A stretch of DNA of 64,000 nucleotides from IMG/VR virus record IMGVR_UViG_3300012956_000019, positions 7,375 through 71,374 of that record. The stretch is one strand, 5' to 3'. Below, piece by piece: positions 8,929 through 18,260 of this stretch (position 1 is its first letter; each line of letters opens with the position of its first letter). The position numbers and the translations under genes were made by a program. This DNA is from a virus. Lineage: Duplodnaviria; Caudoviricetes. A model generated the notes under the pieces. It saw only the letters and a program-made list of their open reading frames with translations. It searched no databases and had not been told where the DNA came from.

Positions 8929-9502
8929 CTATATATTGATAAATTTCAAAAGATGATTCTATTGTCCTATACAGCTCATCACCATATATTTTACCAATAT
9001 CACCCAGATCATTGCTTTCAACTTCTATACACATTACAATGCTTTTATCCATAACACCATTGAATAAGCTATCTACAAAGGAACTAAATACACCCATCAT
9101 TCTATCATACATTTTTCCATACGATCTTATGTTGGTTATGGAAATCAACTCACAACTGTTCATCTGTCCAATCAGTTCCATATTCATTTGACCAAACTTA
9201 TCAATCATTGTATTCACAACATATACAAAATCCAAATATCTACAAACTGTTTTTGATTTCAATAATTCCCTAACCAAAATGGAAACTATTTTATTGGCTT
9301 CTGTTATGTTATTTGTTACAATTGCTACTGAACTACCACTTTGTATCATTCCCTTCAATTGTTCTACAGCCAGTGTTTCAGTTTCTGTTATTGGTGAAAA
9401 CCAATATTTTTCAGGCAAGCCAATATTGTACAAAGTCATTACCTGTCTAAGTTTGTTGACTCCATACTTTTTTTTCAGTTTCTCCATCAAATTTATTTCC
9501 AT
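8903..9502 (-). CDS. putative DnaC/IstB-like helicase loader with degenerate P-loop
   Basis: GLPEKY N-terminus and alpha/beta pattern typical of DnaC-like proteins; adjacent to helicase; no GxxGxGKT. Confidence 0.45.
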   Translation of the reverse strand: MEINLMEKLKKKYGVNKLRQVMTLYNIGLPEKYWFSPITETETLAVEQLKGMIQSGSSVAIVTNNITEANKIVSILVRELLKSKTVCRYLDFVYVVNTMIDKFGQMNMELIGQMNSCELISITNIRSYGKMYDRMMGVFSSFVDSLFNGVMDKSIVMCIEVESNDLGDIGKIYGDELYRTIESSFEIYQYIVGVQNETE

Positions 9503-9544
9503 TCACACACCTTCCAAAATTTACCGTTTTGTTAATATACAATT

Positions 9545-10408
9545 TCACTTCTTAATGTTACTGTGTACTTTCTTTGAAAATTGAAAGTTTTTGTTATTTT
9601 TACCCTTAGAACTGTATTTCAAATCATGTGTCCATTCAGTCATCATTCCCTTGTTACAAATAAAATTCAATGTTACAGGGAATTTCAATTCACCACTTTT
9701 CTTTTCATACATCCAGTCAATGTAATTTTTCAAATCCTGTCTGACCATATTTGAATTAACAAATACATCAATCAGTTGTCTTTTTATGACTGTTCTAATT
9801 ACACCAGATGCTGATTTTGCATATTTCTTTCCACCAAATACTGTAAATTCCATGCTATTGTATCCATAAGTGTCTTTGTATTTGTTTTGCATGTATTTCA
9901 AAAAATCTTCAGATGTCCACTTGTTGATTAGTTCATCTGGCTTTGGTTCAAAATATTTCTTGTGTTTTGCATTGACTTGTTGCGCTTGACTGTGTTTTAC
10001 AAATACCTGATCTGTCACATCAACTGAATTGTCATTCTCATCAATAATTTCATCACTTTTATTTCCACAAACTTTCTGTTTTTCTTGTTGTTTTTCTCTG
10101 TCTTTCTTTTCTTTGTATATTTCTTTTCTTTCTTTCTCTTTTATTTTTTCTTTTTTTCTTTGATTGATTATTTCAATTAAAGTATTAAATTTCAGTAAAC
10201 TGAAATTAACAGAAGATGAAGCACCAATGTTCTCATTTTCTTCAATCTCACTATTGACACTTGTTATTATTTCAATCTCTTCAATCTCATCCTGAAAGTC
10301 AACTTGTTCAAATATCTGTTCCATAGCATCCAATAAATCCAATTTCACAATTACTTTCAGCTTGTTACCTCTGTAAAATGGATAGAATTCAACTTGATTA
10401 TTTATCAT
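9545..10408 (-). CDS. hypothetical protein, possible replication initiator
   Basis: 287 aa with charged linker and helical C-terminal domain; sits upstream of loader and helicase (positional inference). Confidence 0.5.
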   Translation of the reverse strand: MINNQVEFYPFYRGNKLKVIVKLDLLDAMEQIFEQVDFQDEIEEIEIITSVNSEIEENENIGASSSVNFSLLKFNTLIEIINQRKKEKIKEKERKEIYKEKKDREKQQEKQKVCGNKSDEIIDENDNSVDVTDQVFVKHSQAQQVNAKHKKYFEPKPDELINKWTSEDFLKYMQNKYKDTYGYNSMEFTVFGGKKYAKSASGVIRTVIKRQLIDVFVNSNMVRQDLKNYIDWMYEKKSGELKFPVTLNFICNKGMMTEWTHDLKYSSKGKNNKNFQFSKKVHSNIKK

Positions 10409-10638
10409 AAATTCACTTTATTGTTTTGATTTGTGTATAAAATAAAAAGTGGTTTGGTTTTCAAAGCAATGTTGGGTGTGACATTGAATCTAATCACCAA
10501 ACCATTTTGGGTGTGAGAATGTTCTGACCTAATATACAATTGGAAATTCATTTTTGAGCTCATTTTATTTTCAAATTCTAAAAATTGTGGTTCAATGATA
10601 CTAATACATGTGACAGATTTGAGCCATAAACCAGTCAT
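10405..10638 (-). CDS. hypothetical protein
   Basis: 77 aa ORF with ATGA overlap to the next gene. Confidence 0.45.
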   Translation of the reverse strand: MTGLWLKSVTCISIIEPQFLEFENKMSSKMNFQLYIRSEHSHTQNGLVIRFNVTPNIALKTKPLFILYTNQNNKVNL

Positions 10639-10720
10639 TTGACTGTGTAACTTTGCTCACCCATACCTTTTTATGCACAGAACATTATAGATCAAATTTG
10701 ACTGACATTTCAAAGTGGTG

Positions 10721-12508
10721 TTACTTTCTAAAATCAATCAAGTTCCTAATGTCTTTTATTGTCAACCTGTTTTCCATCCTATTGTTATCAAGAATATTTG
10801 TACTCATTTTTCTTTTCTCCCAAACAGTTTCAAATACTTGTTCTTCAATTGTTCTCTCAGCAATAATGTTTACAATGTTGATTACTTTATGCTTTGTGCC
10901 CAATCTATCAATCCTGCCCACTCTTTGTTCCATTTTAGCTGGATTAAAAAGCATGTCAAAGTTTACTACATAATTGGCTGATGTTATATTAACACCTTCA
11001 GTTAAAATATCTGATGTGACTAATATTTTACAACTTTCATCAGCATTAAACTGATTTATCACTTTAACTCTATCATTAACACCACAGAACAAAGGTGAAT
11101 TTTGATTTCCATGAATACAAATATTTTTATATTTATATTTGTCAAGTGTTTCTTTTAACAATTCCACCATTCCTATGAAATGAGTGAAAACAACGATCTT
11201 GCTTTTATCATCAAGTGAAGCAAGAAAATCAATCAATTGATCTGTCTTTGTGCTGATATTTTCTGGATGACCAACTAACTTAGCTGACAAACAACATTGC
11301 CTTAAATATGTAATCATAGGCAAAATTTCAGCATATTTTATCTTTTCTGCCTTTTCCATATCTGAAATTTGTGTTACAACCTGATTACTTATTTCATCAT
11401 AAAACTTTCTTTGTATATGTGAAAGCTCAACCCAATAATTATTTTCAATCTTATCTGGTAATTCATCCAACACATCTTCTTTCATCCTGCGTATTAAATA
11501 TGGTGCCATTCTTTCTTTAATAGTTTGTTCATCTTTATATCCAACAGCATTACCAAACCAATCTGTTTCAATAAATTTTTCCTTAAAATGCCAATACAAT
11601 CCATCACCACCAAATATGTTGAAATCAATAGCTTGAAATATACTCCACAAATCCATCATACTATTTTCAATTGCTGTAGCACTCATTCCAATAGAATACT
11701 TTGCAAACCTTGAAATCATTTTAGTGTGTTTACTTCTTTTTGTTTGATGATTTTTGATATATTGAATTTCATCCATAATCAGAGCATAAACATATCCTTT
11801 TTGCAAAATATGTTCATCTATCATGTCAATATCCCAATTCAATAAATCATAATTTATAATCAAATAATCATATTTATAAGCCTGTTTGTATAATTTTTTT
11901 CTTTTATTTTTATCACCATCAATAACAACACATGTTTTAGTTGTCCATTTTGAAATTTCTTGTTCCCAATTTCTTTTAAGTGTTGATGGACAAATTATAA
12001 TACAAAAATTTATTGATTTATCACTCATGTGTTTTTCAACAGCTGTTAAACTTTGAACTGACTTGCCCAAACCAACCATGTCGCACAACATTGAGTCTTT
12101 TGCTTTATAAAGAAAATAAGCACCAACAACTTGAAAAGGATATAATGTTGGATTGCTGTTCATTTTTTCTCTTAAATTGCTTATAATGTATCCATCTCTT
12201 AAATTGGATAAATTATTTTTAATATTTATTTGTTCTCTTTTCCATGTTAAATAATTAAAGAAGTGTTGTTTGACTGATGGATGTGCTTTTATATTAGAAT
12301 TAAATATATATTTATTATTTTTAATGTTTTTAATTAACAGTGCTAAATCCCTAATTGGCACTGTGTAAACTTTCTTAATTTTATCAAAGTGTCTAACTGG
12401 CATTTTTTTTACTTCAGATAATGTGTGTGAAAAAACACTTCCATTTATATTAACAAAATTTATATAAAATTGTTCTTCATCAAGTTCACTAAAAATTATT
12501 TTTGACAT
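10721..12508 (-). CDS. SNF2/SWI2-family SF2 helicase with HARP-like N-terminus
   Basis: DMVGLGKS, MDEIQYIKN, SATAIEN, QRVGRIDRLG motifs. Confidence 0.9.
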   Translation of the reverse strand: MSKIIFSELDEEQFYINFVNINGSVFSHTLSEVKKMPVRHFDKIKKVYTVPIRDLALLIKNIKNNKYIFNSNIKAHPSVKQHFFNYLTWKREQINIKNNLSNLRDGYIISNLREKMNSNPTLYPFQVVGAYFLYKAKDSMLCDMVGLGKSVQSLTAVEKHMSDKSINFCIIICPSTLKRNWEQEISKWTTKTCVVIDGDKNKRKKLYKQAYKYDYLIINYDLLNWDIDMIDEHILQKGYVYALIMDEIQYIKNHQTKRSKHTKMISRFAKYSIGMSATAIENSMMDLWSIFQAIDFNIFGGDGLYWHFKEKFIETDWFGNAVGYKDEQTIKERMAPYLIRRMKEDVLDELPDKIENNYWVELSHIQRKFYDEISNQVVTQISDMEKAEKIKYAEILPMITYLRQCCLSAKLVGHPENISTKTDQLIDFLASLDDKSKIVVFTHFIGMVELLKETLDKYKYKNICIHGNQNSPLFCGVNDRVKVINQFNADESCKILVTSDILTEGVNITSANYVVNFDMLFNPAKMEQRVGRIDRLGTKHKVINIVNIIAERTIEEQVFETVWEKRKMSTNILDNNRMENRLTIKDIRNLIDFRK

Positions 12509-12546
12509 TTATTTCTTTCTTATTGCCTGTTATAAGATACAAACAA

Positions 12547-12576
12547 AATGCCCAGCAACTTTCATCACTGGGCATT
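12547..12576 (-). terminator. rho-independent terminator ending the late operon
   Basis: AATGCCCAG/CTGGGCATT stem with TTTGTTT tail on minus strand. Confidence 0.75.
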
Positions 12577-12598
12577 ATTCAATTATATTAAATCATAA

Positions 12599-13021
12599 TT
12601 AAATAAGATGCATCATTTCAATGCTTCTATCTTTTATATTTTCAGAAACCAATTTATTCATCCAGTCTTTACCTAACAAATCATTTATACCTTGTACAGC
12701 TGAACTTATTAACAGCTTAAATAAAATATCATCAAATGGTTCAAATATTGAAAACCATCCTTTGAATTCAACTAATTCATCAAGAAGTTCTGATGCAACA
12801 TCAATTCTTTCATCTTTTGTACACAATTTATATTCAGCTTGTACTATTTCAACTGCCATCACAACAGCTTTCAATAATATCCAAAATGAAGCAAATGCTA
12901 ACATAAATGATTTGAATGATTTAATACTTTTTACAATGTTCCATGCTTCTTTGACTTTAGCATCTTGCAAAACAATAGCTTTTGCTTGCTCAATGGCTTG
13001 TCTTAATTCAATCTTGCCCAT
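12599..13021 (-). CDS. hypothetical membrane protein
   Basis: Hydrophobic segment FMLAFASFWILLKAVVMAV; AAAGGAACT RBS. Confidence 0.6.
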   Translation of the reverse strand: MGKIELRQAIEQAKAIVLQDAKVKEAWNIVKSIKSFKSFMLAFASFWILLKAVVMAVEIVQAEYKLCTKDERIDVASELLDELVEFKGWFSIFEPFDDILFKLLISSAVQGINDLLGKDWMNKLVSENIKDRSIEMMHLI

Positions 13022-13091
13022 GATCTTTAGTTCCTTTCATTTTTTATTATTGTGTTATTTATAATATACAAATATTAAATAAAAGTTTTTT

Positions 13092-14351
13092 TTATTGTCC
13101 AGATTTCACAGATATTTCATCAAACCAAATTGGTGCTGATTGATTTGAATATAAAAACAAATTCCCTGTTGTACTTGCTGTCGCAACAAAATCATAATTT
13201 ATTTCTGTCAGACCAATTGTTGATACTGATTTTGTTAAAACTATATCACCTAATTTGAATGTTAAGGTTGTATTTGCAGTTGTCGTAAATGCATAAATCT
13301 TAAATCTATAATGCAATCCATTTGTAACAGCTGTAAATTGACTATTTGAAAGTGAAATAGTATTTGTTGTTCCATTACCTACACCAGTTGAAACAATTTT
13401 GAATGAATAACTGCCTGCTTGTTTATAAATTGATGAAGTATCTACACTGTGATTACCATTACCTAAATAAATTGGTATTTCTTTACAAGAAATATCATCC
13501 ACATAAACTGATTGAGCAACTGAGCCATTTGTTCCCCAATACCACAGCATACTTGTAAAATTTGCAGCAGTAGTAAATTCATATGTTGTTTTAGTATATG
13601 TTGTACTTCTATTTTTAGTTGAATCACTTATAAGATAAGTTGCATTTGCATTGTCTCGTACATTATATTTCAAACTTTTATATAAATCACCTCTTGACCA
13701 AAAAGAATATTTATACCTTTTTAATGGTGTTAATGTTGTTCCATAGTTTCTTGTTGAATTTACTCCAGTCACATAAATAAGTTTCATAGCATAATTGCCA
13801 CTGTGTTTAGAAACTGTAGCATCATTTATACTTCCTGATGTACCAGATTCCAAATATTCAGTCCAATCATCTGTTGTTCCATCATCTGGTGTACCTGTAA
13901 AAATTTCAAACCCAAGATTGCCTACAATTTTTTCTGTACCTACTTCCATAGTTCTGTTAATTGAATTGGTGATTAGTTCTGTGCCATTATAATTTCCAGA
14001 TGTATCATATGCATTATTAGAATAATTAGAAACACCATTATTATTGACAGCTTTAATTCTATAATAATATAATGTTCCAGCTGATAAAGGTGTATCAATA
14101 TAAGTAGTTAATTGTGTATTAGTTAATAATGTAGTTGGATTTATAGATGTACTTCTATAAATATTATATGAAGTTGCTCCACTAATTGCATAATTTATCA
14201 GTGTAATTTTACCTAATGAACCATTAGCTATTAAAGATGTAGATGCATTAGGCAAAATATTACTCAATACAGTTATTACTATATTTAATTTATTAACTTG
14301 TGAAAAATTTATAGATGATAATAAAAATAGCATTAAAATTATTTTTTTCAT
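13092..14351 (-). CDS. signal-peptide protein with FN3 and CBM4/9-like domains
   Basis: MKKIILMLFLLSSINFSQ signal; SYNIYRS...YYYRIKAVN FN3; GNLGFE...YVDDISCKEI CBM-like jelly roll. Confidence 0.7.
   Translation of the reverse strand: MKKIILMLFLLSSINFSQVNKLNIVITVLSNILPNASTSLIANGSLGKITLINYAISGATSYNIYRSTSINPTTLLTNTQLTTYIDTPLSAGTLYYYRIKAVNNNGVSNYSNNAYDTSGNYNGTELITNSINRTMEVGTEKIVGNLGFEIFTGTPDDGTTDDWTEYLESGTSGSINDATVSKHSGNYAMKLIYVTGVNSTRNYGTTLTPLKRYKYSFWSRGDLYKSLKYNVRDNANATYLISDSTKNRSTTYTKTTYEFTTAANFTSMLWYWGTNGSVAQSVYVDDISCKEIPIYLGNGNHSVDTSSIYKQAGSYSFKIVSTGVGNGTTNTISLSNSQFTAVTNGLHYRFKIYAFTTTANTTLTFKLGDIVLTKSVSTIGLTEINYDFVATASTTGNLFLYSNQSAPIWFDEISVKSGQ
13861..13910. repeat. 50-bp exact direct repeat, copy 1
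   Basis: Identical to 14742-14791; encodes FEIFTGTPDDGTTDDWT. Confidence 0.9.
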
Positions 14352-17302
14352 AATATTTCCTTCAATGAAATTGAATCATACATAATTGTACTTATATTTG
14401 TTGTATTACCATAAAAATAAACTAATATAGACAAACATCCAGCAGGTGATGTAAAATCATAAGTGACTAAAGTCCATATATCATCTGTAACACCAGTTGG
14501 TTCATTCAAAACAAAATAAGTTGAATTAGTCACATCTCGTAAAGTTATTTTACCTTGATATGTGCCATCACCTTTTGTCCAATAAGTCAATCTATAATTT
14601 GTTTCAGGTGTAACTGTTATGCCTAATGTCCTTATCACATTAACATCTGCCCCTGTTGAATTTATAATTTTAACAGCATATCCAAATTTAGAGTCTATTG
14701 TGGCATCAATTTTGCCTAATGTTGGTGATTCTATCCAATTTGTCCAATCATCTGTTGTTCCATCATCTGGTGTACCTGTAAAAATTTCAAATGATTTATC
14801 TGTTAATAATTCAGCACCCAATGTATCTTGAACTGTAAAAACAGAATCATTATTTAATAAATTCATTTTCTTTATTTTTAATCCACCATCAATTACAGTT
14901 GCTATCTTAAATAAATTATCTTTCATATAAATACCAACACCATAATCTAATAATTCACCCACTTCAATATCATCTTCAACTTCTTTTATTAAAAGTTTTT
15001 TATTGCTTAATGTAATCCATTCTGTTCCATCCCAAGTTTTAATCTTTGAATCATCACTGTCCAAAACTATTTTACCAATAACTTCATCATCATTTGTTAT
15101 AACTTTAGTTCTTAATGTTAATCCTTGTGAATGTAAACCATTCATATCTACATTTGCTATTTGTTGCCTATCTTCATAAGTACTGGGAGCAGTATAATAT
15201 TGATATGCTTTAGTTATACTTGAAGGATAATTGTTAAAACTAACATCAATATAGTTATTAGTTCCTTGATATATCCATCTATTTGGAAATGAATTGTTTT
15301 TAATTATTAAACTATCAATATTTTTTAACCATAAAGCATTAGTTGAATATCCTGTCTCTGTAAAAAACATATTATTTTCTATATTTAATTTAGGCAGTCC
15401 AGTAATACTAATAGCATTAATTCCTATTGCTGTACCATAACCAACTGACCATCTATAAAATGTATTATTTTTAATAGTGAATTCTGTTGTTGGTAAATAA
15501 TAATTTTTGTTAAATTGTATTCCAAAAGCACCAGCATTCATAAATATATTATTTTCAATAATTGTATTTTTTATTATGTGTGATGTATCTGGATAGTTCC
15601 AATTATTAGTTTGTTCATAAAAAGTCACTTGAGTTTGTGAACCATTAAAAACATTCCTGGATATGGATAAATTTGTAATATTTGTAGAAGCCATCTGAAT
15701 CAAAGTTCCACTTTGAATATTATCATCAGTACCTGTTAAATTTTGCCAAGTAAATTCATTATCACTTATATTTATATTATTACCTGAATAAGTTCTTAAT
15801 CCATAATATTGTGCTTTAACAATATTATGACTAACTAATAAACTATAAGTTGTGTCTGGTGCTGGTGGTGCTGCTTCACAAACCAATTCCATACCTAAAT
15901 AACATTCAGATATATAGTTGTTAAATATTCTCATATCTATTCCTGCCATTGTTATAGCAGCACCTTGATACCATGCACAATTTTTGAATGAACAATTTTG
16001 TATCAATACATCTCTACAATATAAACCAGCAATAGTTGTTGATGACCAATTTTCCATTGATATATTATCAAACACAACTTTATTCCACATTGCTTGACCT
16101 GTACCCCAATGTAAATAAAGTCCAACTTGTATTGTTGAACTTGATGGTGTTGTTTTATTTATCCAACTTGCTTGACCCATCATCTTAAAATTTTTAAAAG
16201 TAGCATTTCTTAAATCATAATTACTTCTATAATCATTACCAGAACCAACAGCAACTGTTGCACCAGGAAAAGATAAAATTGTTTTATCACCTTCACCTTC
16301 CCAATTAGTATTATATTGTAAATTTATTCCTTGATAACTAAATGGTGTTTCATCAATCAAATAAATACCTTCTGGAATTTTTAATAATTTACCACTACTT
16401 CCAAGACTATTTACTGAAGATTGAAATGCTCTTTGAGTAACACCACCTTGTGTTGAATCTGATTTTGCACCAAACCAAATAGGATTTATTTCAGAATTTT
16501 TACTGTTAGACAAATCTATATTTCCACTTGTATCGAATATTTGATAATATCCAGCATCAACATATCCATTTATAGTTAAAGTTTTTTCATAATCTACAGA
16601 TAATATTGAATTTTTTGTAAATTTCATAATAATATTACTGGGTATAATCAAATCACTTACAACAGATTGATTCTCAGTAATTATTATTGTTTTATAATTA
16701 CCACCAATAGTTGCAACAGCTTCAGATAATGTTTCATAATTTATATTACCAATTTTAATTTCTATTTCAGAAAAAACAGTATTTATCCAAGCATCCTTCA
16801 CTCCAATCACACTTCCTGGCTTAGTTTCTAAAGTTATATCATCTGGATTATTAGTTACATTTCCACCAGAACTAACCAAATCTATAACAGCTTGTGATAA
16901 TTTAGGAATTGTAATATTTGCATCTAATATTTTTGGTGTTGTTACAGCATTATTTTGAATACCAGTATTTCCAAGTTCACCATTACTATTGAACTTATTA
17001 GATATTATAGACAGCTTATTGCCACCAATCCAAATTCCTGATTCTTTTTTAATACTATTTATATATATATCATATTGTCCAATAGACACTGAATTGTGAT
17101 AATAAGTGCCTGGTGTACTTTCACTTTCTAATAAATTATAAGCTAAAACAGTTGTTTCAGTATTATATAATTGAACTAATAATCCTGAAACTGGTTTACC
17201 AAATGTATTTCTAATGACTTTAGAATATCTTGTTGTAAGTGTTTGAGAAAATACACTTACAACTAAAAATATTAACATTATAATTACAATTATTTTTTTC
17301 AT
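14348..17302 (-). CDS. tailspike-like beta-helix depolymerase with signal peptide and C-terminal CBM-like domain
   Basis: MKKIIVIIMLIFLVVSVFSQ signal; INPIWFGAKSD...KIPEGIYLI pectate-lyase-3-type start; N/I-rich beta-helix repeats. Confidence 0.75.
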   Translation of the reverse strand: MKKIIVIIMLIFLVVSVFSQTLTTRYSKVIRNTFGKPVSGLLVQLYNTETTVLAYNLLESESTPGTYYHNSVSIGQYDIYINSIKKESGIWIGGNKLSIISNKFNSNGELGNTGIQNNAVTTPKILDANITIPKLSQAVIDLVSSGGNVTNNPDDITLETKPGSVIGVKDAWINTVFSEIEIKIGNINYETLSEAVATIGGNYKTIIITENQSVVSDLIIPSNIIMKFTKNSILSVDYEKTLTINGYVDAGYYQIFDTSGNIDLSNSKNSEINPIWFGAKSDSTQGGVTQRAFQSSVNSLGSSGKLLKIPEGIYLIDETPFSYQGINLQYNTNWEGEGDKTILSFPGATVAVGSGNDYRSNYDLRNATFKNFKMMGQASWINKTTPSSSTIQVGLYLHWGTGQAMWNKVVFDNISMENWSSTTIAGLYCRDVLIQNCSFKNCAWYQGAAITMAGIDMRIFNNYISECYLGMELVCEAAPPAPDTTYSLLVSHNIVKAQYYGLRTYSGNNINISDNEFTWQNLTGTDDNIQSGTLIQMASTNITNLSISRNVFNGSQTQVTFYEQTNNWNYPDTSHIIKNTIIENNIFMNAGAFGIQFNKNYYLPTTEFTIKNNTFYRWSVGYGTAIGINAISITGLPKLNIENNMFFTETGYSTNALWLKNIDSLIIKNNSFPNRWIYQGTNNYIDVSFNNYPSSITKAYQYYTAPSTYEDRQQIANVDMNGLHSQGLTLRTKVITNDDEVIGKIVLDSDDSKIKTWDGTEWITLSNKKLLIKEVEDDIEVGELLDYGVGIYMKDNLFKIATVIDGGLKIKKMNLLNNDSVFTVQDTLGAELLTDKSFEIFTGTPDDGTTDDWTNWIESPTLGKIDATIDSKFGYAVKIINSTGADVNVIRTLGITVTPETNYRLTYWTKGDGTYQGKITLRDVTNSTYFVLNEPTGVTDDIWTLVTYDFTSPAGCLSILVYFYGNTTNISTIMYDSISLKEIL
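14742..14791. repeat. 50-bp exact direct repeat, copy 2
   Basis: Identical to 13861-13910. Confidence 0.9.
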
Positions 17303-17325
17303 TTTTATACCTTTATATTTATTTA

Positions 17326-18243
17326 TTATATATACAACAAATCATCTTCTATATACACAACATCACTACTTTGACTTATTGGCTTGTTTATAAAATATTC
17401 ACACCCAATAATATTTATAATTCCAAAATGACCAAAAAATCTATTGAATGAATATGACCTAATAAATTCATTTACACCCCACTTTCCTAAAAATCCAAAA
17501 TTAGCATCTTTATGAGGCAAACAGAATACTAATGGACACTCACTTAATTCTTGTCTATATTGTTCATGTAAATTATTCAAATATTCATATGTACATATGT
17601 AATTTGGTATCCATTTTACATTATATTCTTTTTTCATTCCTGTTAATAATGTACTTTCACCAATAATATCTTTATTAAATATCAATTCACCACTATCGTG
17701 TGGTTGATTAAAAGAATAATCATTTATAACTTCATACATCATAATATTATCAAAAAATATATTAGCATCACCAGGATCACCAGGCTCTTTTTCAACACCA
17801 TAAATTCTAAATTTTATTTCATTCCCTGTTTGACCAACAGAATTACCAACAATAAAACATTTTTCAATTATATTATAATTCAAATCATAATCAGCTGATA
17901 TAATTACACTGCTACCTGCTATTTCTAATGTTATTTTTGATAAGTTAATTAAATTTAATACACTTATACTAAATAAAAATATTTTATCAGCTATTGAACT
18001 TCCATAATCATAAACATATTCAATATATCCATTACCTGATTCAATTTGTAAATTTAACATATATTGACCATATGCTTTTGTGTGCTCAGTTCTAACCATA
18101 GATGATACACCTGATATATGATTCACCCAAGAAATAACATTGGTACTAAAAAATCTATTATTACAAAAATTAGTTTCATTTAATACCAAAAATCTTGGTG
18201 TATCTACACCACCTAAAACAAGTTGTTCCCATGGATGACTCAT
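17326..18243 (-). CDS. putative tail tip component
   Basis: 305 aa; follows the tail hub gene; position only. Confidence 0.5.
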   Translation of the reverse strand: MSHPWEQLVLGGVDTPRFLVLNETNFCNNRFFSTNVISWVNHISGVSSMVRTEHTKAYGQYMLNLQIESGNGYIEYVYDYGSSIADKIFLFSISVLNLINLSKITLEIAGSSVIISADYDLNYNIIEKCFIVGNSVGQTGNEIKFRIYGVEKEPGDPGDANIFFDNIMMYEVINDYSFNQPHDSGELIFNKDIIGESTLLTGMKKEYNVKWIPNYICTYEYLNNLHEQYRQELSECPLVFCLPHKDANFGFLGKWGVNEFIRSYSFNRFFGHFGIINIIGCEYFINKPISQSSDVVYIEDDLLYI

Positions 18244-18260
18244 TTGTAATTTTCCTTTAA

